This document shows positions 48,518-59,168 of a stretch of 64,000 nt of DNA, piece after piece; within the stretch, counting starts at the first letter, position 1, and each line of letters opens with the position of its first letter. The translations under genes and the position numbers were made by a program. Under the pieces are notes generated by a model. The model saw nothing but the letters and a program-made list of their open reading frames with translations, had not been told where the DNA came from and did no database searches. Origin of the DNA: Myxococcota bacterium (GTDB lineage: Bacteria; Myxococcota_A; Polyangia; Polyangiales; Houyiibacteriaceae); contig JBCCEA010000004.1 in the NCBI GenBank assembly GCA_039030515.1, positions 93,797 through 157,796 of the forward strand. The letters run 5' to 3'.

Positions 48518-51500
48518 CTATGCGGATCGGAGCGCCTGACCGATAAGCGTGTCGCCTCTCATGAGATCGGCCGGGGTGCCCGCCGCTACGATTGCACCTC
48601 CTTCATCTCCGGCTTCGGGCCCGAGTTCGACAACCCAGTCCGCGGCCCGAATCACGTCGGGATGATGTTCGACGACTACCAGGCTATCCCCGCGAGACAC
48701 GAATCTTCGGAGCACCGGAAGTAGCCGATGCACGTCGCCGAGGTGAAGACCGGTGGTGGGCTCGTCGAGCACGAAAAGGCTCCCTGCCGAGCGAACCGAG
48801 GAGAGCTCTGCCGTCAACTTCAAGCGTTGAGCCTCCCCTCCTGAAAGCGTGTTCGAAGCTTGACCGAGCTTGAGGTACCCAAGTCCGAGGGCGTCCATGA
48901 GCTCGAGTGCGCGATGCACCTGAGGGATGTTTTGAAAGAGTTCGCTCGCAGATCCCGCGTCGAGATCGAGCAGTTCTCCTGCACTGTAACCAAAAAGCCG
49001 AACCTCAAGCGTTTCTTTGGAGAGCCTCTGGCCCTGACAGCTTTCGCAAGGCGTCAATACGTCTGGGAGAAAAGCCATTTCCGCTCGAATCACTCCTGCA
49101 CCCTCACATACTGCGCAGCGTCCCTCTTTGACGTTGAACGAAAATCGAGAAGGCCCATACCCTCTCGCCCGAGCATCCGGAGTCGCTGCATACAGCTTTC
49201 GGATCACGTCCCAAATCCCAAGGTAGGTTGCAGGAACCGAGCGAGGCGTACGACCGATGGGACTCTGGTCGATCTCTACGGCTCGGCGAACAAGATCCGC
49301 ATGGAGGATGCTTCGATAGCTACCCGGGGGCTCTTCGTTGACCAACCCGAGCTCCTGTCGAAGTGCCCTGAGGAGCACGGTTCGAATCAAGGTGCTCTTA
49401 CCCGATCCGCTGACTCCCGCTACCACCACAAGACGCCCTATCGGGACCCTGAGGTCGACCTCCTTCAAGTTGTGTTGCGATGCTCCGAAAAGTTCAATGC
49501 ACGGATGATCCGCATCGATGGGCATAGGCGGGCCAACGGGATGCACTGCGCCTAGCCAGGGGCCAGTCACCGAAGACGGATCGGCCTCGATCGACTTGGG
49601 CGGGCCCTTTGCCACGAGATACCCGCCATCGCGTCCTCCGGTAGGGCCAATATCGAGAATGTGGTCGGCGCAGCGGATCATATCGGCGTCATGCTCGACG
49701 ACGACCACCGAGTTCCCCTGTCGGAGCAGGGACCGCAAGGCATCGATCAACCGACCGGTGTCCCGAGGATGCAGACCGATCGTCGGCTCGTCGAGCACGT
49801 AGAGCACCCCGGTCAGTCCGCTACCGAGCTGCGCGGAAAGGCGAACGCGCTGCAGTTCTCCACCGCTCAGGGTGGATGCGGTGCGGTCAAGTCCCAGGTA
49901 GCCAAGTCCAAGGTCGCCGAGCAGATCCAAACGGCGGACAAGCTCGCTGAGCGGAACATCCCCGATCTCGGCCGCTCGACCCTTCAACTTTAGCGATCGC
50001 ACCCAAAGAGCTGCTTCTTTCACTGTCTTTGAGAACACTTCATCGATGTGCGCTCCAAAAAAACGCACGCTACGAGCAAGCTCTGAAAGCCTCGTTCCTT
50101 CGCAAACTTGACAAGTAGAGCGCTCCTCGCGCGCATTCTTGCCTCGGCCGACTTTACGTAAGAGAACACCGGTACCTTCGCAGGTGACGCAAGCTCCTTG
50201 TCGCGTGTTGAATGAAAAGAAACGTGGATCCAGCTCAGGAACACTATCGCCGCAGCTCGGACAGGCCCGCGTGCTCGAAAGCTGGAGCTCCGAGTCTCCC
50301 ACGATTCGAGCGAAGCCGTTCCCTACCTCAAGCGCCTGTTCCAAGAGCTTACGAATTGCGCTTCGCTTGGCGGTACCCACCGAGACATCGATATCGTGCT
50401 CCTTATGCCGTGAGAGCGAGAGATCCGGTGTGAGCTTTAGGGTTTCACCATCGATCTGAGCCTCGACGAACCCCTGCGCCAAAGCCTTCTGAATCAAGGC
50501 TCGGTGCCCACCTCGTCGACCTCGCACCAAAGGCGCAAAGACCTTGAGTGAGCGCTTTGCAGAAAAGTTCGATTCGATACGATGCATCATGGCATCGACC
50601 GACTGCGCTTCGATCGATACATCACATTTTCGGCAGTAAGGAATCCCGAGCCTGGCCCACAGAAGGCGCAGGTAGTGGGAGATCTCGGTGAGCGTGGCTA
50701 CCGTCGAGGTCGCCCCTCCTTGAGTCTTGCTTTGCTGCAGGGATACGGAAGGCGGCACCCCATCGACCCGATCGACATCCGGTCGCGGGAGTTGAGGCAG
50801 GTACTGACGCGCGTAGGGTGAGAGCGTTTCCAGGTAGCGACGTTGGGCCTCAGCGAAGAGCACGTCAAAAGCGAGGGAGCTCTTACCGCTCCCGCTGGGG
50901 CCGGTCACCACGACGAGCTTATTGCGCGGGATATCGGCTTCGAGGTTTTTGAGATTGTGTTCCCTCGCCCCGACGATGGTGATCGACTCCCGTCGCTCGA
51001 GTGGCGCAATGGAACCTGCCTTAGCGTGCTGCAGACCTGGCCCGTGCGCGGTGCGGGCAAGCGCCCGTGAAATAAATGGAGCGCTTGGGGCCCGCTCGCC
51101 ATCTGTTTGCGCCATTTCCCCAGGGGTCCCGTAGCCGCAAACCTCTCCGCCCTCGGGCCCCGCAGCTGGACCCACCTCGATAACGAAATCTGCCTGGGCC
51201 GCTACGGCCATATTGTGCTCGACGACCACAACGGTATCGCCTCGATCGACGAGGGATTGAATCGAACCGATCAAGCCCGACATATCGCTCTGATGTAGAC
51301 CCGCAGTCGGTTCATCGAGGATCACGAGGGCTCCAGGCTTTGCCTTGAGTAGCGCGCCCGTAAGCTTCAGTCGCTGTGCTTCGCCACCCGAGAGGGTGCT
51401 CAGTGCTTGTCCCAGACGCAGATAGCCGAGGCCGACCTCCTCCAGCAGCTTTAGTTTGGATACCACGGCTCGCTCACCTTCAAAATGAACGAGGGCTTCA

Positions 51501-53836
51501 GCCACGGTCAGCTCGAGCAGCTCAGCCGCATGCAGACCCCGGTAGCGAACCCCGAGCACCTGCTCTCCAAAGCGCCGACCTTTGCAGTCCGGACAAGAAA
51601 AAGTGACGTCGGCAAGAAACTGCATTTCAACAGTTTCCGATCCTTCGCCTCGACAGGTCTCACACCGGCCTCCTGGCACATTGAATGAAAATGCTCCGGC
51701 GGATAGATCAGACTCTAGCGCTGCCTCCTGCTGAGCCAGCAATGTCCGGACCCGATCCCAAATCTTCAGATAGGTCGCAGCGTTGCCTCGCGAAGTTCGG
51801 CCAAGGGGGCTCTGGTCTACCCGCAAAACATCAGAAAGCCGATCGACTCCGCAAAGCGATGCAAAGGCAAGACCCTCTTCAACGTCCTCCTTGCCGAGTC
51901 GCCTGGCGACAGCTGGGTAGAGCGTTTTTGAGACCAGACTGCTCTTACCCGAACCGCTTACCCCGGTCACGCAGGTAAAACGACCGAGTGGAATTCGCAG
52001 TGTCGCTCCCTTGAGATTGTGACCTGTCGCACCGTCAAGCTCGATGTAATCGCCTCCCAGCGCACGCGGCTTTCTCGGTTGAAGCCCGAAGGCGTCTCGC
52101 AAAGCTCGACCGGTCGCCGTCTCCTCCTCAGCAAGCTGCGCAGGGGCGCCATCGAATACGACCGTTCCACCTTGCGCTCCTGCCCCGGGACCGAGCTCGA
52201 CGACACGATCCGAGGAGCGGAGAATCTCTTCGTCGTGTTCGACGACAACCGCAGTATTGCCGCGCAACGTCAAAGTCCGCAGCACCTCGGCAAGACGCCC
52301 ACGATCACGCGGGTGCAGACCTATGGTGGGCTCATCGAGAACAAACATCGCATCAGTGAGCGATGCGCCAAGTGCGGCGGTGAGTGAAACCCTCTGTGTC
52401 TCGCCCCCCGAAAGCGTGCGGGAAGCCCGGTCGAGCGAGAGATAGCCCAATCCCACGGCCTGGAGTACGCTGAGGCGGCTCTTGCACTGATCGAGCAAAG
52501 CCTTTGACGCTACAGCAGAATGCCCGTCCGCCGGCAAACGGTCCAGCAAAGCGAGGGCTTCTGACACCGGGAGGGAAAGAAACTCGGGCAGGGATCTGCC
52601 CGCAATCTTCCACCACGTCGCCTCGGGTTTGAGCCGTCCTCCGTTGCAGGTGGGACATCGCGTGTACTTTCGATAGCGTGAAAGAAGTACCCGAACGTGC
52701 ATCTTGTAGGTGCGACTCTCCAGCCAGTCGAACCAGCCCCGAATGCCCCACCATCCCGTCTTGCGCTTGTCTCCGTCGATGAGCCACTTCAGCTGTCGCT
52801 CCGAAAACTGCTCCACGGGCAGATCCATCGGAACATCCGCGCGAGAAGCGCCCTTGCGCAGTTCTCTCCGCTCCCAAGCATGCGATGCCCCCGCAAAAGG
52901 TCGAATCGCTCCACCTGCAAGAGTCTTGCTGCGGTCAGGGATCACCTTGTCGAGATCCAGTTCGATCGTCCGGCCGAATCCCTTACAGGTCGGACACGCG
53001 CCCACCGGACTGTTGAACGAAAAAAGCCCCGGCGTCGCAGGGGCAAATTCACGCTGGCAGGACTCGCAGCGTAAGCGCGCGCTGTAGTGCTTGCGTGATC
53101 CATCGGCACTCCAAACGAATGCCGTGGCGGAAGGCCGCTTGAGCGCCGTCTCCAAGACTTCGATCAATCGAGCGCGATCTTCAGAGCGGACCACCGCGCG
53201 ATCCAGCACCAGTTCGGCCTGCCCCTCGGAGACAACCTTGCTCGGCGGCACTTCATCGACGTCCAAGGTCTTGCCGTCGAGATGCAGCCGGCGATACCCA
53301 GAGCGTACCCAGCCGTCACGCAAGGTGAGGTAGTGTTCGGTGCTTCCGACCGCCTCCGGGTAGGTCACCACCACCCGCTTCCCACTCCAATTGGCAAAAA
53401 GATCGCTGCTGATGGTCTCAGGCGTGTCTCTTGCGACGCGTTCGCCGCAGCCCGGACATTGAAGCTCAGCCCGGTGAAACCACAGTCCTTTAAGGTAGTC
53501 GAGTACGTCGGTCATCGTACCCACAGTCGAACGGCTGGTCCGCACCGGCACGCTCCGATCGACGGCTATCGCTACGGGCACTGGATGTAGCGAATCCATC
53601 GGAGGCCGTTCGAGCCGCTCGAGAAACTGACGGGCGTACGCGCTAAAGCTCTCTACGTATCGACGCTGACCCTCAGCGTAAAGCGTACCAAACGCGAGCG
53701 AGGATTTGCCGGCTCCAGAGGGACCAGCGATGACAAGAAAGGTTCCAGGTTCGATCGAGAGATCGACCGACTTTAGATTGTGGACGCGTGCACCGCGAAG
53801 CGTTGTGACATGCGTGGAGGCGCTATGTTCAGACAT
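48518..53836 (-). CDS. uvrA: Double-length (tandem-fused) UvrA excinuclease subunit A
   Basis: 1772 aa; four Walker A motifs ([36 protein letters not shown]), four LSGGE, four LDEPT; UvrA zinc fingers. Confidence 0.93.
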   Translation of the reverse strand: MSEHSASTHVTTLRGARVHNLKSVDLSIEPGTFLVIAGPSGAGKSSLAFGTLYAEGQRRYVESFSAYARQFLERLERPPMDSLHPVPVAIAVDRSVPVRTSRSTVGTMTDVLDYLKGLWFHRAELQCPGCGERVARDTPETISSDLFANWSGKRVVVTYPEAVGSTEHYLTLRDGWVRSGYRRLHLDGKTLDVDEVPPSKVVSEGQAELVLDRAVVRSEDRARLIEVLETALKRPSATAFVWSADGSRKHYSARLRCESCQREFAPATPGLFSFNSPVGACPTCKGFGRTIELDLDKVIPDRSKTLAGGAIRPFAGASHAWERRELRKGASRADVPMDLPVEQFSERQLKWLIDGDKRKTGWWGIRGWFDWLESRTYKMHVRVLLSRYRKYTRCPTCNGGRLKPEATWWKIAGRSLPEFLSLPVSEALALLDRLPADGHSAVASKALLDQCKSRLSVLQAVGLGYLSLDRASRTLSGGETQRVSLTAALGASLTDAMFVLDEPTIGLHPRDRGRLAEVLRTLTLRGNTAVVVEHDEEILRSSDRVVELGPGAGAQGGTVVFDGAPAQLAEEETATGRALRDAFGLQPRKPRALGGDYIELDGATGHNLKGATLRIPLGRFTCVTGVSGSGKSSLVSKTLYPAVARRLGKEDVEEGLAFASLCGVDRLSDVLRVDQSPLGRTSRGNAATYLKIWDRVRTLLAQQEAALESDLSAGAFSFNVPGGRCETCRGEGSETVEMQFLADVTFSCPDCKGRRFGEQVLGVRYRGLHAAELLELTVAEALVHFEGERAVVSKLKLLEEVGLGYLRLGQALSTLSGGEAQRLKLTGALLKAKPGALVILDEPTAGLHQSDMSGLIGSIQSLVDRGDTVVVVEHNMAVAAQADFVIEVGPAAGPEGGEVCGYGTPGEMAQTDGERAPSAPFISRALARTAHGPGLQHAKAGSIAPLERRESITIVGAREHNLKNLEADIPRNKLVVVTGPSGSGKSSLAFDVLFAEAQRRYLETLSPYARQYLPQLPRPDVDRVDGVPPSVSLQQSKTQGGATSTVATLTEISHYLRLLWARLGIPYCRKCDVSIEAQSVDAMMHRIESNFSAKRSLKVFAPLVRGRRGGHRALIQKALAQGFVEAQIDGETLKLTPDLSLSRHKEHDIDVSVGTAKRSAIRKLLEQALEVGNGFARIVGDSELQLSSTRACPSCGDSVPELDPRFFSFNTRQGACVTCEGTGVLLRKVGRGKNAREERSTCQVCEGTRLSELARSVRFFGAHIDEVFSKTVKEAALWVRSLKLKGRAAEIGDVPLSELVRRLDLLGDLGLGYLGLDRTASTLSGGELQRVRLSAQLGSGLTGVLYVLDEPTIGLHPRDTGRLIDALRSLLRQGNSVVVVEHDADMIRCADHILDIGPTGGRDGGYLVAKGPPKSIEADPSSVTGPWLGAVHPVGPPMPIDADHPCIELFGASQHNLKEVDLRVPIGRLVVVAGVSGSGKSTLIRTVLLRALRQELGLVNEEPPGSYRSILHADLVRRAVEIDQSPIGRTPRSVPATYLGIWDVIRKLYAATPDARARGYGPSRFSFNVKEGRCAVCEGAGVIRAEMAFLPDVLTPCESCQGQRLSKETLEVRLFGYSAGELLDLDAGSASELFQNIPQVHRALELMDALGLGYLKLGQASNTLSGGEAQRLKLTAELSSVRSAGSLFVLDEPTTGLHLGDVHRLLPVLRRFVSRGDSLVVVEHHPDVIRAADWVVELGPEAGDEGGAIVAAGTPADLMRGDTLIGQALRSA

Positions 53837-53868
53837 GATTTGTGTCGGGCTTTAAGGGGAACTTCGGC

Positions 53869-54963
53869 ATGGCGGCGATCCTGGCGCGTTCTCTCGGCTC
53901 CTCGCCTGGGCTGGCCCTTTATCACTCCGCACATATACTGCGCGAGGTGAAATTTAGGGGATCAACCCGTCGACGTTCGTTCGGCGCTGCGCTGCTTTCG
54001 ACGCTTGTATGGACAGCCGCTGGAGCAAGCGTACGCCCGCCGAATCCGGCCCTCGCGCAGCAGAACACTACCGCAAATACCGCTCGCGAAAACGCGGGTT
54101 CCCTGGGCGAGCCGATTCGTCGAGGCCTCAGTTCAAATCCCGATACCTCGCCGCCGGAGATCGAAGAACTGCCGCAAGTTCCTCCACCTCCGAACTCCAC
54201 AACGTCTCCTCCCGGCGCCTACAGCAGTCCAGATTTGCTCCGATTGGAAACGAGATATCCCCGAGCCCGCCCTCGAGAAAGACTGCGCGCCGACGACCCC
54301 TCACTCGAAGTCCCCGCGAGCATCGCAACGCGAATTCGAGCGCTCGACACAAACCTAAGCATTCTCGCTACCCGAGGCGGAAACGGCGTGGTCGACGGGG
54401 TCCTGTCTATTTTATCCGGAGCCCTCTCGATCACTTTGGGCGTGTTTGTCGAAGACGATCTTTTGGGCCCCTACCTCTATCTTTGGGGCAGCGCGAACGT
54501 GGCTCGAGGCGTGGTCGACATCGTGCTCACCCCAAACGTATCTGAAGCGTCGATCAAGTTTGCCCATATGCCGATGGAAACCGCAGCCGACATTCGGTCT
54601 CGTCTCCTGTTTGGTGAATCGTCGCTAAGGGAAATCGCAAAGGCCAATCGCATCGCCCGCATTCTCGACGCCAGCCTCAATGTGGGCGTTGGTCTCGCAG
54701 TGATCCCGATGTACCTCATCCCAAATGATTTTGAGGTCGATACTCCCTTTGATTATTTTGTGCTGATCGGCTCCGGGATCTCGGTGATCAGCGGAGCGAT
54801 CAACTTGGTGAGGCGTTCTGAAGCGGAGCGACGCTGGGCCGCCTACCAAGATCTCCGTGCCCGGCTACAGCAGAGGTCGGCAGCGGGCAGGAGGGGCGCC
54901 ACCGATCTGGGATTGATTCCGAACAGAAAAGGCGCTTTGGTCACGCTGCAAAGGAGATTCTGA
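53869..54963 (+). CDS. Hypothetical exported/membrane protein
   Basis: Signal-like segment, Pro-rich linker, four Gly-rich hydrophobic segments, C-terminal Phe. Start is uncertain (53842/53869/53947). Confidence 0.62.
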   Translation: MAAILARSLGSSPGLALYHSAHILREVKFRGSTRRRSFGAALLSTLVWTAAGASVRPPNPALAQQNTTANTARENAGSLGEPIRRGLSSNPDTSPPEIEELPQVPPPPNSTTSPPGAYSSPDLLRLETRYPRARPRERLRADDPSLEVPASIATRIRALDTNLSILATRGGNGVVDGVLSILSGALSITLGVFVEDDLLGPYLYLWGSANVARGVVDIVLTPNVSEASIKFAHMPMETAADIRSRLLFGESSLREIAKANRIARILDASLNVGVGLAVIPMYLIPNDFEVDTPFDYFVLIGSGISVISGAINLVRRSEAERRWAAYQDLRARLQQRSAAGRRGATDLGLIPNRKGALVTLQRRF

Positions 54964-55084
54964 TCGCATGACGGGTGGAGCGGGTGGAGGCGCTCGGACA
55001 CGCTGAAAGTCAAAAAACGCTGCGTGCTGGGGACTTGGCGGTTCACGCAAGAGCACCGACAGCGCATCAGGGTCAAAACGCGCG

Positions 55085-55116
55085 TTTAGGGGCACACGTC
55101 TTCAGGGGCACACGTC
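55085..55116. repeat. 16-bp tandem echo of the gene 3' end
   Basis: tttaggggcacacgtc and ttcaggggcacacgtc; the only difference is TAA versus TGA on the minus strand. Confidence 0.85.
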
Positions 55117-55872
55117 CGCAAAATCTTGCTGCAGCATCACGTCCAGGTCGCCTGACACGAGCACAGGAGCATCGAAACCCGTGCAGTCCGTGAGCGTGAG
55201 CAAGAACGACGCATTGACGCGAGCAAGATTGTCGGCGTTCTCGCTCAGGCCGATCTCGATCTGCTCGAACTCGAAGGTGCCGCTTGCGCCGAGGCAGTTT
55301 CCATACGCGACAGCAGAACCTTTGGCGTCGCTTGCCTGAAGAATGAGTTCGGGAGCGACCGGATCATCGGGGTCTCCATTGATCTGGGTGAAGCCGAACT
55401 GGACGATCGTGTTGTTTACGGCCTCCTCTTCAAACCGAACCTCGAATCGATCTCCCTGAGAGACTTCACAACCGGCTTCGGTGAGGACGATGAGGACGGT
55501 CGGAACGTCGCATCGGTTTCTATCCCAGGTCGCAAACGCGGAGCGCACCTGCACATCAGCCGGCCGATTCCCTGAGAAGTCGAGCTGGACTGCGTTGTCT
55601 TGGCTAAGCGGATCTACCGCGATGCACCCCGGTATGGACCCATCGCTCGAATCCGCCTGGATGCCGGTATCTTCATCGCCCCCGGCATCCGAGGCTCCGT
55701 CCGAAGCGCTGTCTCTGCCCCCGCCGCCGGCTCCACCAACACCGCCGCCTCCTTCGAGCGCGGCAGGAGAAGAATCGTCTTCGGAGCAGCCAATTCCACC
55801 AAGGAAGCCAACACTCAGCAGGACGGTGCTCGATAAAAGCCATCGAATCGCTAAGGTTGAGCGCTGCCCCAT
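55102..55872 (-). CDS. Putative lipoprotein
   Basis: ATG 55872; hydrophobic signal and GIGC lipobox; Gly/Asp linker; Cys-containing beta domain. Confidence 0.62.
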   Translation of the reverse strand: MGQRSTLAIRWLLSSTVLLSVGFLGGIGCSEDDSSPAALEGGGGVGGAGGGGRDSASDGASDAGGDEDTGIQADSSDGSIPGCIAVDPLSQDNAVQLDFSGNRPADVQVRSAFATWDRNRCDVPTVLIVLTEAGCEVSQGDRFEVRFEEEAVNNTIVQFGFTQINGDPDDPVAPELILQASDAKGSAVAYGNCLGASGTFEFEQIEIGLSENADNLARVNASFLLTLTDCTGFDAPVLVSGDLDVMLQQDFADVCP

Positions 55873-55921
55873 CGGCAGCAGACTAGCTCGAAGCGGAGTT
55901 GAGAGCGACCCTAGCGATCGG

Positions 55922-55945
55922 ACTGCACTGCACTGCACTGCACTA
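55922..55945. repeat. (actgc)4 microsatellite abutting a stop codon
   Basis: actgcactgcactgcactgc followed by acta; the TAG of the 58174 gene is at 55943-55945. Confidence 0.85.
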
Positions 55946-58174
55946 AGGGCGACCCCAGCGGCGACGCAGCGTCCACTCGACGGTGAGAAGCACTCCAAAG
56001 AAAAGGAGCATCTCAAAAGAGCGAAAGGGAGCCACCCGCAGCTGCTTCACGTGGGTTACCCTTTTTGTGTTGAGGCTGCGAAGCGGACCGACCGACCGCC
56101 AGTCCGAAAAAAAGTCGCCTCCGGTCTCGAGTGAAAGCTGCTTCAGGACATCTGGACGCGCCTCCGGATCGGCAAGCTCATCACCTCCCAATTCCACTAC
56201 AAACCATTCTTCACCCAGAGTGCGCCACCGCCTCCCTCGCTGGACCTCAGCGATCACTCGATATCCTCCAGCTTCACTGGGAGCCGGGAACTCCGCGTGC
56301 AGTCTGCCTTCACGATCAGAGGAGACCATAAGCGTCTTCTGAAGCGCCCCGGATCCGTCCTCAACCGAGAGGCGAATCTGCCCGCTCACAATCGGAAGGT
56401 AGCGCTCGTCCCTGAGCCGAGCCGAAACACGAACCGTGCTGCCTATGCCGTAGCGTTCTCGATGGGTGGTGATTTGGGAAGGCTCGAGCGCCGGATCGCG
56501 GGCAAGCCAGCGCAAAGCTCGATCCCAAAACCGATCGTATAGGGAGGCGTCGCCAAGCAATCCTCCGGTCGTGATCCCCCAACGCCAGGAAGAGTCGATC
56601 GCCAACGCGAGGGTGCGCCCTCGTTCGTAGGTGCCGAGTACGAGCACCGGCATGGGCGCTCCAGTTTCATCATTTCGGTTCGGGTGCACGAGGAGCGCCT
56701 GGGAACTCTCAAGCCCCTGTGCGATCACGTTGACGCCGTGAGCCGGAGCGAGCGAGCCCCACAGTGCTTCGTTGGAGATTGCGTCTCGCTGCAGCTCCAC
56801 GATCGGGTGCGCGGCAAATTCGGTAGAGGGCTTGGGCCGGAAGCGACGGGAATCGAGCAGATGTTCGGATGCCGCATCGGAACTTGGCAGACGAACGGGC
56901 AGGATCTCCGCGACGGGCGTACCGCCGTATCCGCCGGAGGCAAACGATTGCTCGCCGCCGATCATGGCAAAAGCGCCGCCTCGCCGTACGTAGTTCCGAA
57001 TCTGCGGCAGGTACATGGCCATCTGGTACGGGCCGTAGTCGAAATTCTGGAACACGATCACGTCGAAACTGCCGAGATGCTCACGGAAGAGCTCGTCGGT
57101 TGGAAAAGGGATCAATGCGAGCTGCTCGGGGGCAGCCATTGTGAGATCGCTTCCGGTTCGCAAGATAAAAAAGGAGATCAGATCGATCGCCGGATCCCGC
57201 TTTAGGAACGCTCGCAAAAAGCGTACGTCCCAACTCGGTCGGCCTGCCACCAGCAAAACCCTCAGCCTGTCCCGCAAGACACGAATCAGAACGTAGCGTT
57301 CGTTGTTCTCGGGCACTGAATCCTCTGGCGTCAGGCCGAGGGTTAGACGGTATACGTTTCTACCGAGGGTTTGAGGCACGAAAGGAAGCTCGACGGTGCC
57401 TTCACCAAGAGCGTTCAAAGGAACCTGGGTTTCGCGAAGCACCTCCTCACCCAAACGAAGTGTCAACGGAATCGTTGAGCGACTCGGCTGAGCAGAACGA
57501 ACGGTAACGCGCAGCACCCCCTCCTGTCGTAGAAAGCCTATGGGGTCCGCATCAACGCTCCGAATGGAGTCGTCATTCAACACTTCGTCTCCCCCGACGG
57601 ATACCGTATGGATACGCACGCCATAATCGCGAAGCGACTGCGCAGCCTCGAGCGCTGCTGCGTCCGAACCATCGCTCACGACCAGCACCGCGCCGAGAGA
57701 ACGGTCCACATCCTCATCGAGCACCGAGCGGATGGAAGCCGTCAGATCGGTGCGGTCCCTAAGATTCACCTGAGAATCTACCAGCTCCGCGCGCGAGATC
57801 GGAACAGCTTCGTCGCCGAAGGCGTACAGCGGCGCTGCGAAACCTTCTTTGCCCATCGCACGCGCCGCCGCTTCAACCGCGTCCAAACGAACTCCACTTC
57901 GGTAGCCGACAGTCATCGATCGGGAGTGATCGAAGAGTACCGCCAGCTGACCCTTCATGGCCGAAACCTGTGGTTCAAACCAACTCGGCTGAAGCGCGAT
58001 TAAGGCACCGATCAAAGCCGTTGCAGTCCGCAAGAAACGAAGGATGTGTCTGCGCCGAACGGGCTCTACGACCGAGAGCTCTCTCCAACCGGACACCAAA
58101 ACAAAGACGCACCCGAGGACGATGAGGATCGCAAACGGGATCGGCACCCCCCATTGAAACAAGGCTCCGGACAA
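55943..58174 (-). CDS. Membrane protein with vWA and glutamine-amidotransferase-like domains (MoxR-associated)
   Basis: Two N-terminal TMs; FDHSRSM, TDL, VVSDG; RVLLVAGRPSWDVRFLR, LIPFPTDELF, GGAFAMIGG, SWRW; C-terminal TM EWTLRRRWG. Confidence 0.8.
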   Translation of the reverse strand: MSGALFQWGVPIPFAILIVLGCVFVLVSGWRELSVVEPVRRRHILRFLRTATALIGALIALQPSWFEPQVSAMKGQLAVLFDHSRSMTVGYRSGVRLDAVEAAARAMGKEGFAAPLYAFGDEAVPISRAELVDSQVNLRDRTDLTASIRSVLDEDVDRSLGAVLVVSDGSDAAALEAAQSLRDYGVRIHTVSVGGDEVLNDDSIRSVDADPIGFLRQEGVLRVTVRSAQPSRSTIPLTLRLGEEVLRETQVPLNALGEGTVELPFVPQTLGRNVYRLTLGLTPEDSVPENNERYVLIRVLRDRLRVLLVAGRPSWDVRFLRAFLKRDPAIDLISFFILRTGSDLTMAAPEQLALIPFPTDELFREHLGSFDVIVFQNFDYGPYQMAMYLPQIRNYVRRGGAFAMIGGEQSFASGGYGGTPVAEILPVRLPSSDAASEHLLDSRRFRPKPSTEFAAHPIVELQRDAISNEALWGSLAPAHGVNVIAQGLESSQALLVHPNRNDETGAPMPVLVLGTYERGRTLALAIDSSWRWGITTGGLLGDASLYDRFWDRALRWLARDPALEPSQITTHRERYGIGSTVRVSARLRDERYLPIVSGQIRLSVEDGSGALQKTLMVSSDREGRLHAEFPAPSEAGGYRVIAEVQRGRRWRTLGEEWFVVELGGDELADPEARPDVLKQLSLETGGDFFSDWRSVGPLRSLNTKRVTHVKQLRVAPFRSFEMLLFFGVLLTVEWTLRRRWGRP

Positions 58175-58265
58175 GATCTAGCTCGTCATCCAAGCGTGCT
58201 TGGGCGCGCAGACCGCAGTCCCATGCGAAGCGGGCAGCCGATGTGGGTCTGGGTTCAACACAAAC

Positions 58266-59042
58266 TCATCGCCCGCGTCCACCTCCTCGGCGGCGCAGAA
58301 TAAAGGGAACGTGAACCTGGTCGTCTTTGTAGTCGAGACAAAGTGCATACATCACGAGGTTCACTCCGAGACGGTAGGCGTATTCTCGCTGTTGCGCGCC
58401 GCCAGGTCGTACGTCGTGTAGAAAGGTCCCAAGATTGTCGCGTGCCCATGCGCCTGCAAGATCGTGCCGAGAATAGACCAAGCTGACGCGTCCCGACCGC
58501 TCGAGCACCTCGAGATAATCCGGGCCTTCGGTCCTGCCCAGGGGACGCTCCAGCAAATAGAAGGAACGGTAGATCGTATGCGTTGCGGACAGCCGATTCA
58601 GTCTTCGATCTGGAAAAGCACGGGAGAGCAAACGTCGTACGGCTCGGTCGAATCCTCCTCGCTCGGGAGCCACATCGTCGATAAGGACAAATCCTCCGAA
58701 CTCCACAAAACGTCTCAGCCCGGTCACGTGGGCTTCTGCCAGAGGAGGAAACTCCTGATCCCCTCCGAAGTATAAAAATGGCGAGTCGAACACCCGAGGA
58801 TCGTCCAGACGGACCGTCGTCGGTTGAAGGAGCGTTTCTACGCTGGTTCTTTTCCGCACCTCCCAGGCAAGGCGCCGGCGCGCTGTCGGCCTAGGTTCAC
58901 TTTCGCGTCCAGGCAGAAGAACGCCTCGAAGATCAACCGAAGTACCCTCTCCTATCGCGGCAGCGGTAGGCAGGGTACCCGCCCGAAAAACCAAGGCGAG
59001 CCCGAGTAGAACTAGAGGAGCGGTCAAGAGAACTCGAAACAT
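58266..59042 (-). CDS. DUF4159-like exported protein
   Basis: Signal peptide; PFLYFGG, LRRFVEFGGFVLIDD, H.IYRSFY, DLAGAW, RLGVNLVMYALC.DYK.DQVH. Confidence 0.82.
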   Translation of the reverse strand: MFRVLLTAPLVLLGLALVFRAGTLPTAAAIGEGTSVDLRGVLLPGRESEPRPTARRRLAWEVRKRTSVETLLQPTTVRLDDPRVFDSPFLYFGGDQEFPPLAEAHVTGLRRFVEFGGFVLIDDVAPERGGFDRAVRRLLSRAFPDRRLNRLSATHTIYRSFYLLERPLGRTEGPDYLEVLERSGRVSLVYSRHDLAGAWARDNLGTFLHDVRPGGAQQREYAYRLGVNLVMYALCLDYKDDQVHVPFILRRRGGGRGR

Positions 59043-59168
59043 GAAACGCGACCGTACTAGACTCGAACGACGTCTCCCTCGAAATAGCTGGGAGGTGTGC
59101 GCGGAATCCGAACTCTCTCGTCGATGAGACCGGCAAACGAGCCGCTCACGCGAAGCTAGAGATACGCC

